Shown here one piece after another: positions 1-10,347 of a stretch of DNA of 64,000 nucleotides. The number at the start of each line of letters is the position of its first letter. Position 1 is the stretch's first letter. A program made the position numbers and the translations under genes. The stretch lies in NCBI RefSeq assembly GCF_040938485.1, contig NW_027271753.1:868001-932000 (forward strand). Reading direction: 5' to 3'. The notes beneath the pieces were generated by a model, which was not told the origin of the DNA, made no database searches, and saw only the letters and a list, made by a program, of their open reading frames with translations. This stretch comes from Diadema antillarum (taxonomy: Eukaryota).

Positions 1-106
1 TCCTCTTCAAACTAAGACAAGTACAGTGTACTCATTAACCAAAGCCATCAATGTAAGAAAGTGCTGTCTTGCCCAAGCTCTGGAGAGAAAATCATGACTT
101 GCTTAC

Positions 107-2101
107 AAGAGGGGAGCCTGGTCATCATCCTCATCCTCCTCCACCTCAAGGAGCCATCCATAGCCCTTGGTCTGCAGGAACTGAGAGGCAGCATTACCTC
201 GAGGCCTCAGCTCAGGGTCACCCTTCACCTCATCATAGCTCATCTCCCCCAAGTCCAGCTGCACATTCTTCTCTGCAATCAAAATATTCAAATGTGGTAA
301 GATCATAATTTAAGAAAATGCTGTTCCCAAGAAAACCTCATATCTCAGCTAAAATTGTAATTCAGAATGTATGACTGATATCCAATTACCAATCATCATT
401 GTCATTATGAAGATATGAAAATGCAAATTATTACAAATCTTGTCATGTGGCGTGCAACATTAATGATATAATAGGTAGCAGACTTCGAGTCAAGAAACTT
501 GAAACAGGTTAAACGCTCTCTGATATAGTATTGAATATGTAGGAAGATCTGATTTCAACAATGTGCCAGATTATTACTCATACTACTCATGAAGCATGTT
601 AGTCACTGGAAAGGTGCAGGAGTACATATTCTACACCATCCTAAACCACTATAATACTTTTCAGATCTAACTGCATGTGGCATGATTTACTGATCACAGT
701 TTACAACATATCTTATAAGAACATGAATTAAAACAAAAAAAGCAACCTCGCACAGAGAAAATTATCACAAATACATAATTTATAAATAAAAATAAATTTA
801 CCTTTCATTAGGCCTACTGCTGAAAATGTATTCAACAGCTCTAAATAATATGCTACAGTGGTACCTGTCATAATGTAATAATAATATACTAATAAAACTT
901 TATGTACAAGAAAATCTAGAATCAGCTGACACTGGACCCACTGAAATGTGTTTCATTTTTTTCACGTATCTCATGAATAATGATATTTGCCATGCCTGGT
1001 TTGCCTGTGTGTGTGCCTCATTCATTTGCAATATATGATTCGGCACGCCGTACACCGGGGTACCGTTGTAACGCGGGGTACCGCGTTGTATAGCGCCATC
1101 TCATGCCCATTATTTATAATGCGCATCCGAATTCAGATACGCCGCGATTCTGAATTCGGATACGGCAAAGTCGTCACAATGAACTAGCACCAAAGGTGTT
1201 TTTCCAAGTAATTTCTAGCACCACACCGTTTTGTAAACATCATCTACCGTAACTTTTCATATTTTTTATTTTCAGAAAAAAAAAATCACCGAAAGCCTAG
1301 AAATATTCACCCCCAAATCAACTGTATTTCTTCAAAATTTGATCATGGGGGCTGCCATCTTTATAATCTTCCACACGTGCGAGAAAATGGTCGATAATAA
1401 GATATGAAATGCGAAAGAAAAAGGTTCAGAGCAGAAATTAATTATCAGTTGCATGCATTAATTGTTGCATAATCACAAATAAGAAAACATTTTTGTGCAT
1501 AATACTACTAAAATAATACTAAAAAATATTTTGACACATTTTTGGGTAAGCCAGGGTACAGCGCTGGAAAAAAAAATAATTAATTCAACAGAATGGCGAA
1601 TATTCATTTGGTACCCCAGCGTACCAAATATTGCATCATATGTAGGCCCTAGTAGGGCATGTATATTAGGTCTAGGTCGTAGTTACTAGATCTAGTATAG
1701 ACTAGGTCTAGTCTAGTTGCAATTGCATGACACCTACCTGTGCACATTACAGGGAAATTCTCATCCTTCATCAAACCAAAGGCACTACAAAAATCATGTC
1801 ATTTATAATAAGCGCTATTATTCCCCTAGGATGCCAGCTACTGTACTCTGAAATGCTATAGACCTAGACTAGACTCTAGATTCATATTTAAGGCCTGCAA
1901 AGCAAAATTATCAGTGGGCCACCAACACCCGACAGGAAACATAATGCATGGGACTTGAGTCTACACGACACTGACGGGGCATACACGCATTCTCAACTGA
2001 TTAAATCCGGGTAAATCTTAATACTTGCCGTTGTCGCTGTTCTTTTCCCCTTGCGTTGGAGAAACAAATACAAATTCACTGGATGGTGATGTTGTAGACA
2101 T
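107..2101 (-). CDS. YIPF4: Protein YIPF4 (Yip1 family, Golgi), 5' part only: exon 1 about 2029-2101 and next clear exon 107-272; gene continues off the left edge
   Basis: Exon 107-272 (acceptor TTTTGATTGCAG, donor TT|GTAAGC) reads EKNVQLDLG...AASQFLQTKGYGWLLEVEEDEDDDQAPLL. This matches the YIPF4 signature I recall (FLRQRGYGWLLEVEDDD...KPLL). Exon 1 MSTTSPSSEFVFVSPTQGEKNSDN resembles the YIPF4 N-terminal GDFTFVS motif. The exon 1 donor is uncertain (see findings). Confidence 0.9.
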
Positions 2102-4497
2102 CGTAAAATGGGAAGAATCAATGTTATTACTCGTGAAAATGGGTGGTACAAATTAATCAATTCACAAGTTTCCACGTAAACATGAAGCCTGCCCTCTCAA
2201 GTCACGTCGTAGGTACTCTCTCAATGTGCTCTCAACACCGATCGGTGGCTCTCAATACATAATGTTGTAGGAGCTCCAGAGAGAGATAACATCTTCGGAG
2301 CAGCTCCCCGAACCTCTCCAACTCCTCAAGACTGAATTTCCTTTCCCTAGGTGCACGTTGCTCAATGTCAGACCTGTTTCTCAATGAATCAATAAGTCAT
2401 GTGTTACTGCAATGACAAGAAGTGCCAGGAAAATATTTCAACTTTTCTTTATAGGCTGTAAAAATCCATACTCAAATCAAAATCGGTTCATTATAGGCCT
2501 AGTGTACTTTTCTTTTGAATATAACGGAATATGACGAAAAATGATGTAGGCATCGCCACGTACTTTTATTCTCATATCATAAGATATCATTGATCATAGT
2601 CATCATTCCTATCAATTTTCTCAAACGTCCACCATAACCATTGAGTGTGCCTTGATGTTGTTTACACTTCAGTATATTTGTTTTTCTGCTCATCATGCAT
2701 CACTGCATCTACATGTACTTTTATCATTCGTTTACATGACTGTTTAAAACTGTATCTTGATGGTTTTGATGTTGTTTTGTCCAGCGATGTGTATTAAATT
2801 TTGCTTTTGTGAAATAACATGAGAAATGAATTAATCACGAATTCAATTCAATTCAATACAGCGTAATACATAGACCCACACATAAGTTTGACATAAATTT
2901 TATTTGCAAACATTCTAAGCTCAATTCGACACTCGAATTTTTTTTTTCAAAGTCTTCTTCATGCTGCTAAGATCATTGAAAGTAAGAACTACAAAAAGTT
3001 AATTGCAGTAATGTTAGAGATAATATAGTAGTAAAAGACAAAACCATGCGCCCTAACATGATTACATGTCATTCATCATAGACACTATACATGAGTACAA
3101 TTTACTATATCATTGTTGCTGTTTCCTCTTCTTCTGCTATGTTGTATATACCACGCTTAACTATGTCGACCAAACGCGACTGCTCTTCTTATGATATGAC
3201 CTTAATAAACACAGTACGACCCCTTCACTATAAAGAAAGAGAAAATCATATGAATTGAATATCATCATGTGTTAAATACCGTAATATTTTTTTTCCTCTA
3301 TAGAATGTTCTCTCTTTCGCATAGCAGCGGTATGATGTTGTCCGGTCCGTGACTGAAAATCCATCTGCAATGTTTAATAATCATGCTTCAACACAAGACA
3401 TAGTTGACCAAAAAGTGTAAATCGCTATATAGCCATTGTGTTGGCTGCAATTTCAGGAATGTAATGATGACAGTATAACACTTTCTTTCATGCGTTTCTA
3501 TGGTTGCTGTGAGGTTGCTATGGTAACTCTCGTCGTGATGCCTTAATTCGGTCGTCAACGAACCTCGTGGCAGGGAATAACGTTATTAATAGCCACACTC
3601 TAGTTAAAAATGATGGGCAAATAAAGACTTGCAAAAATTAAACATAACAAGTTTCTAGCAGCCTTTCTCAGTTTGGACAATTGCTATTATTTCTAATGCA
3701 CGTCACCAACTGTCCTCTAAGAAAGGCACAAAATGTGGTGACAAAGATGGACAATGAATCAAGGAAAATGGGAAAATAATTGTGATAGATAAATACGTGC
3801 AATCTTAAAACAGTGAAATCATCAAGCACTGGATTTTTTTTCCATTGATTTTTTTTTCTATTCTACCACGCTGTTAATACCTTCTTTGATCCGAGGATGT
3901 GATGATACTGGATAGACTTACTTTTTCTTTTAAATCGAGGGCTTGTCACTCACAGCTGTATAAAATCAAACCCCGTCATTTAGCGGGCTTATTTCATGAA
4001 GATGTTTGCAACGGTTTATTTAGTGGCGGATCGGGGGGAGGGGATTAATTTCGTTTAGAAAATGAACAGTGAACATCGGGAGCACCCCCTTCCCCTTTAA
4101 TTTGGGGTTTTGTGTGTGTATGTGCGCGCGTGTGTGTTTTTAATGAAAGTATCTTTTTAAATGACACCTGGATGGCATCAGAAATATAAACTGCATCTCC
4201 CTCCCCCCCCCCCCTTACGGAATGCCTGGAACTGTTCCTTCGTTAAGTTACAAATGATTCAGCACAGACATAGGTTTAAATGTTGTCAAGTTATTGACTC
4301 TTTCCAAGCTACTTCGATAATAACTGCAATTAATGCGAATTATAATCATTAAGCATCTCTTCATGAAACGGAGGCCTATAGACTCGAACATTCTTCATCA
4401 CGTTCCTTTTCCCTTTATCGCGGGTACAGTCTGTTACCCCTAACCACATTGAACCATTGATAGAGATGTGTGATGGTGAGGGGTCCATCGCGGGAGT

Positions 4498-7032
4498 TCA
4501 CATGATGGAGCACCACGAAGTAACGGAACTAGTCTCCGGTACAGCTCTTCTTCGCCGACGATGACGTCGAGGTTCAGTGCATTCACTCGATCTTTGAGTG
4601 TGATGACGATGGCGATGATGATGAGGAGTAGAGTACATGGTTTCCTCGAGGTCACGAGTGACTCGCCTACCATCAGAAGCGGCTTCATCTTGCCTCTTTC
4701 CGGAATTCACCTGTCGGGGACCACCTGCACTTTCATCATGACCTCTTTGAAAGGAGCCGCGATGAGAATCTCCTAAGTGATCTTCACTGTCGTTCTGATA
4801 CCTCGGCGACTCTCGGGTCAGACCTTCGCTTTGTCCTGGAGAACCATCAAACTTCTTACGACGTTTACGCACGTCCATCTTCTCTGGCGAACGTTCGTAA
4901 CGACTCGTTGACCCTCCTCTGGACGTGGAAGGACCTGCTCTACTCTCAAAGTCCAACTCTGAGAAGTCGGGGAACTCCCGTCTCCCTGGTGACGATCGTC
5001 TTGACCCCCGCTGTCGAGATGGAGTGGAGGATGCAATAGGGCGCTTCAAATCTGTGGAGTTAAATGTCATTATGGTTATGATTGTCAGCTTATCGATCTA
5101 AAATGCTATATAGGGGCCTATACAATAGATGTATAGTGTATTTTCAGACATCTATTACACACACACACACACACACACAAATGACGAATATTGTTCAACA
5201 AAATTTTATTAGTTGAAAACAAAACCTAATAGACAAACCACAAAATCACTTTTTATCTTCTTTGTAACATTGCGACTTTCATCAACATTTCTTGGTCTAG
5301 AGTCTATACAAACAATTTCCTTTCTTTGATTTATGTTATTGTTCCCCATCTCATAATCCCTGTTTTCTTCATCCACTTTTCCTCTTCTTCTCCCTCCATC
5401 CGTGTTTGGCATTCCTTTATGCAAGCATTAGATAGCCGCCATAACGCTCTACGAAGCTTTGGTTTTACTGTAATTCCTGCAATTAATTTCTTCTAAAAAG
5501 CATCACGATTAGCCCACTGATAACCCGATAACATTTCTGAGTATATCTTCAGTTTGTGTGGTCAAGTCTGGTAATACTTTTGATGGAATAGACCCTCTCT
5601 ACTTTAAGTTTGGCAATATTTCTGCATTTGATTTCATCTGATTTATTATATCCCGAGTGGTTCCCAATTAACGTGTTCTCTTATTCTTTTCTTCAATCTG
5701 TACGCATATATCGGATGAACACATTGTATGTTTTATTGTCTTGAGAATAAAAAGAAATGACTGTATTTCATTTGTAATATTTAATGCAGGAAATTCCCAA
5801 TAAATTCAATTGAATGGAAAATCGAAGAAAAAAATACATTTCTACATACCATTACTCCCCTTGATGTGTTCCTGTGCCTCCTGGACCCAGTTCTCTAGAT
5901 CTTGGCGGGTCAAATGCTCTCGCCCTTGTCTACTCCCACGACCCTTGGCCTGCCTGGATGGCGACTGACTTCCAGTCCGAGGACGGGGTGGAGGTGATGA
6001 TCGACGCGATGAGACTGGGCGACCCGCATCGAACTCGACCTCTTTTTCAATCATTCTTCTTTCTGGAGGAGGTGACACACGTGGGCTTTCATCCGTTGGA
6101 CGAGAATCGTCAAAGTTCTCAGTCGTCCTTTTCGTGTCACGAACAACGAAATATTCACGGATGTCTTCATCGACCACGGACGAGTTTCTGGTGAAGCGAT
6201 CTGGGGAAGGTGACGGCTCGTGATGGGCGACAGAATGATCAGGCGGCGACACATGCTGGTTGGTGACTGGAATATCGAGCTCCTTCACATTGATGGTCAA
6301 AAGGGGACGCGGTTGCCCCTCGGCTGGCAAGTCTCCGCTGCCGCATAGCGTCAAATTGCAACCATCTTTTGCAAGCTTGCCCAGGTCTATGCTAATGTTC
6401 TGTCTCGAGTCCACATAAACAGGTCCATCTGAGAACATAGTGCGTCCCATATGCGTCTTCTTACTCGAGTGTGAGTTGCGATAAGGTTTTCTGGGGGAGC
6501 GTACTGCGGTCTGACGAGGTGGACGAGGTAAAGTCACTTGGCGACTTGGCGATTTGCCACGAGATGCTGCTCGACTTGATCGAGCACTCCTCGGCGAGCT
6601 AAGCCGAGAGGATCGCCGACTCGATCGACGACTACGTGATGATGCCCGAGATGGAGCTCGGCTTGGCCGGCTGCTTCGCCGCGGAGAGCTAAGTCTGCTC
6701 GACGGACGGCGCGACTTTCGTCGTGCTGACTTCGACAGCGATGTAGCATGACTTGGCTGTCTGCGTCTCCTTTCTGTTGGAGAATTCATTCGAGATGAGG
6801 GCCGGCTCGAACGTGGGCTGTTCGGAAGGATGTACAAATGTTGCGATATCACTTCAAGGAGGTGTTCACCGATTCCATGCACGGCCAGTAATTCATCTAG
6901 ACTGCTAAAGTTTCCTAGGCGATTTCTTAGGCTCAAAATGCGTCTCGCAAGGGGTTTTGTCATCCCTTCAACCATGGTCAGCTGATCCAAGGCGCAGCTG
7001 TTTATATCCAACCTTCTTCTGGTACAGGGCAT
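4498..7032 (-). CDS. Uncharacterised 578-aa protein, join(5850..7032,4498..5051): ComEA-type HhH domain, R/S-rich basic region, disordered region, C-terminal CaaX (CSIM)
   Basis: ATG at 7032 in an ACC-ATG context. Residues 8-69 (LDINSCALDQLTMVEGMTKPLARRILSLRNRLGNFSSLDELLAVHGIGEHLLEVISQHLYIL) fit the HHH_3/ComEA pattern. Donor AATG|GTATGT at 5850/5849 and acceptor TTTAACTCCACAG|AT at 5052/5051 are both phase 1 and join the two long ORFs in frame (GSN-D-LKRP). The protein ends WCSIM-stop. Confidence 0.8.
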
Positions 7033-8100
7033 GGTGTCGTTTCTTTGGTAACAGTGCAGTTTTACCTTTAATAATCCTTCATAAAAATGCGCAGATACTA
7101 AGCAGGAAGAGTGAAATGGTAGACTTATCAAATCACAGGACAGGAAGTAAACTCACCAAAAGTCATATACAGCGTATATAAGTCGTTGCCAAGAAATTAG
7201 CCATTAGCGCGCACAGTATAACGTGCGTACAATAAACATCTGCGTCGAGACGCGTTGTCATAGGAATCATCTGTTGGCAATATAGTTTAGTGAATTGTTT
7301 CACGAATAAGAATTGTAAATTGAAAGGCATATTATGACTTCAAAAATGGGGTGTACAAAATGTCACATGCTCAATGTGTTAATAATATAGGATGCTTACA
7401 ACGTTTTCTTGTCATTTAAGTACTGTCGGTGATGAGTTTCAAGTTTGTTTAATAACTATTTAAGCAGCAATAAAAGAGAACTACGAATAAGGAAATGTTA
7501 CATTGAAAATCCTAAAACGCAAGAATGATGTTTGCGTTACTAATTATTCACTCTTGCTAACTAAATGAACTATATTGCAAAAGTTTGTAAATGTTTACTT
7601 TGATTGTTTTGTTTACTTGACATGTTTAGAATCTTTTGCTTATGCTGCATTTTACATTTCAGAACACTTGAATCGAATAATATTCAGTTGATTTTTTTTT
7701 GTTATGTTAGTGGGCCTATTTGTCTTTATTCGGAGACCATTTAGTGCTGCCTTTTGACACTGATTTTTTTTTCGCCACGTTTCGTAATCAGATGATTTTT
7801 TTTTCTGAGTTGTTCATTATTGTCATAATTTTTGAACTTTTGTTGATATTGATAATTATACTGCAGCACATGAATTTATGTTATCATATTGCGTGTAGTC
7901 TTGTTAATTAGACTAAATTGTATACTTGAAAATGATTGTATTGAAGTTATTCCCAGTATCCTATATTCATTATGGTTGCCATAGAAGGGGACTCGTCGGA
8001 AAGTGTTCTTGGAAGAATGGTGGAAATACATGTATCCATATAGGTCTGCAATATCTCATCAAGGTGGTAGGCCTACAAGGTGAGACTGCCCTAGTACCTC

Positions 8101-10078
8101 TTCTTCTTCTTCTGATTAAGTCTGCCTCCTTCAATAGACTGAAGATTCTTGCAGACTGGTGCTATTTACATTATAATACAATTTATTTACAGATATTTAC
8201 AAGCACATAGAAAATTTGACGAAAATACTAGCCACTGTGATCAACCGTTAGACGGTTTCGAAATGATCCCACAGATGGCGCTGAAACAATTTCTGACGAC
8301 AGGGAATTCCAGTTCCTTACAGTTCTTGGGAAGAACGAATGGCGATGCGATTCAGTTCTCGAATATGGTACCTGATAGGAGTGTGGTTGCGAGGCTCTCG
8401 TTAACTGAGTAGCCTGTTTGATGATATAGTCCTGTGCTGAAAGAGGAGTGAGATTATTGTGTATTTTGTACATCATAATTAACCTGTCATTTTCTCTGCG
8501 CTGTTCCAGAGTGGTCCAATTAAGTTCTTGTAGCATTTTGGTGACACTCGAGGTGTTATGGTAGCGATTTAAAGTGAATCGCGCAGCTCTTCTCTGGACC
8601 ATTTCCACTTGGTGGATTAGGTTCTTGGTAGATGGGTCCCAAACTGTGGAAGCATACTCAACAATTGGTCGAACCAATGTTTTGTAAGCTGTGGCTTTAA
8701 CATCAGAAGATTTTATGCGAAGATTGCGTTTTAGAAATGCAAGCACGTTATTGGCTTTATTGACAGTATTGTTGATGTGTTGGGTCCACTTCAAATCAGA
8801 AGTGATGGTTACACCCAAGTACTTCACGGATTCAACAGATTCAAGAGGGGCGTTATTTAGATGATACACGTGTTGCACCTTACTTCTTTTCCTGGATATC
8901 GTCAAAACCTTACATTTATCTGTGTTCAAATCCATCATCCATTTTTTCGCCCAGTCACCAATTTTGTTTAGGTCCTCTTGAAGATTTTGCGTATGATGTT
9001 GATTGTCGATAGTCATGTAAGAAATTGCATCATCAGCAAAAAGGCGAACCTTTGACGCGAGACCATCAGGCAAGTCATTGACGTAAAATAGAAAGAGGCA
9101 AGGCCCAAGAACCGACCCCTGAGGCACTCCAGATCCTACCGCTACTGAAGAAGATTTAATACCATCCAAAACGACCCTCTGACTTCTTCCATTGAGAAAA
9201 CTTTGAATCCATTTCAGATTTTTCCCCCTGATACCGTAGTAGTCCAGTTTACGTAAAAGCCGCTCATGCCCAACCTTGTCAAAAGCTTTTGAAAAATCCA
9301 TGACTATAACATCCGTTTGACGTCCTGCATCCAAGTTCCTATGTAAATCGCTTGTGAAACCAAGTAATTGTTGTTCACATGACATGTTCTTACGGAAGCC
9401 ACATTGCAGGGGGAAAATGATGTTATTTTCGTCCCCGTGCTTCATAATTTTGCTCGCTAAAGCGTGCTCCATTAGTTTACAGCAAATACATGTCAGTTGA
9501 ATGGGGCGGTAGTTTACAGGAGTAGATCGATTACCTTTCTTGTAGACTGGTACAACATTTGCTTCACGCCAATCATTTGGTATTTCACTTAATTCATATG
9601 ACAACCGGAATATATTGCAAAGAATCGGAGCCAGAATTTTTGCCAGCTGCTTCAAGACTCGTGGAGTTATACCATCCGGTCCAGGGGCCTTACATGTCTT
9701 CAAACCACAAAGCAACTTCTCTACACCCTTTGATGTAAACAAAATATCCTCCATTTCTTCAAAGTCTGAGGTTTCCGGTAGTAAGTCATTCGGTATGGGA
9801 GTTTCCTTGGTGAAAACACCTTTGAACTGTTGGTTTAATGCTTCAGCTTTTGCAATTGGATCAGTGATCGTAATACCATCACTTTTCAGTTCTCTTATTC
9901 CTGTATTATCAGTTCTGTTGTGTTTGATGAAGCCCCAAAATCTCTTCATACTCTCAAATTCTGTGGTATCTTCATCGATAGAAAAAAGAGATTCCACATA
10001 ATTCCAATAAGCCCTCCTTAGCTCCTGTTGCAGTGATTTCTTGACTGCTTTCAACTCTTCCTCCAATTGAAAAGGGAC
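8101..10078 (-). mobile_element. 5'-truncated non-LTR retrotransposon (LINE, CR1/L2/jockey-like ORF2) with intact RT domain; endonuclease domain absent
   Basis: Uninterrupted ORF 8228-10093 (GTG start) with KAPGPDGI, YRPIQL, QCGFR, DFSKAFDKV, GVPQGSVLGP, LFADD and C-terminal SFFPRTVRNWNSL motifs. A (GAA)n tail lies at 8101-8112. Candidate 6-bp TSD TACCTC at 8095-8100 and 10079-10084. Confidence 0.95.
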
Positions 10079-10169
10079 TACCTCCTTGATCACACTAAAA
10101 ATTTCAGTGATGCTTCATTGATCAGTGTGAATGGGGAATAGGAAGCTTGTGGTGGCACAACTTCACATC

Positions 10170-10347
10170 ATCCCATACACCACTCGGATCGCATCATCGC
10201 ACCGAATCGTATCACGTCTGCGTAAAAGCAAAGTGCAAGCGTTATATTGTGCGAGCCGCGTACTATGCACAGAATCTTTACGTCGCGTCGGCTCGTCGGC
10301 TCAGCTGTTCTTGCAGACTGACTAGTGACTAATGTGATCGGATCACC
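10170..10347 (+). promoter_or_regulatory. CpG-rich segment immediately upstream of the BABAM2 start (promoter or 5' UTR)
   Basis: Local run of many CG dinucleotides in otherwise CpG-poor DNA, directly before ACC-ATG at 10348. An acceptor-like TGTTCTTGCAG ends at 10316, so an upstream non-coding exon cannot be excluded. Confidence 0.5.

Noticed and set aside
2150-2400. Broken minus-strand frame containing LERAGF, superficially like a BIR motif
   Set aside because: Interrupted by stops, lacks the other BIR residues, and lies in the YIPF4 promoter region.
5052-5070. Independent ATG start (MTFNST) for the 190-aa ORF
   Set aside because: The sequence looks like a branch point plus acceptor and matches the upstream donor phase. 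An independent start is possible but less parsimonious.
5874-6751. Overlapping ORFs 5874-6194, 6051-6254, 6534-6749 and 6554-6751
   Set aside because: Shadow frames of the GC-rich HhH gene exon.
6826-7011. Horizontal transfer of bacterial comEA
   Set aside because: The domain is embedded in a spliced eukaryotic gene, and animals already have this HhH type in EEPD1. Nothing in the sequence favours a bacterial origin without a phylogeny.
7033-7131. N-terminal 33 residues of the 429-aa ORF (MISLPF...NDT)
   Set aside because: Starts at a non-ATG codon in AT-rich, acceptor-like sequence. The first ATG, with an ACC context and directly before the HhH domain, is at 7032.
9615-10001. 128-aa plus-strand ORF
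   Set aside because: Antisense shadow of the LINE RT frame.
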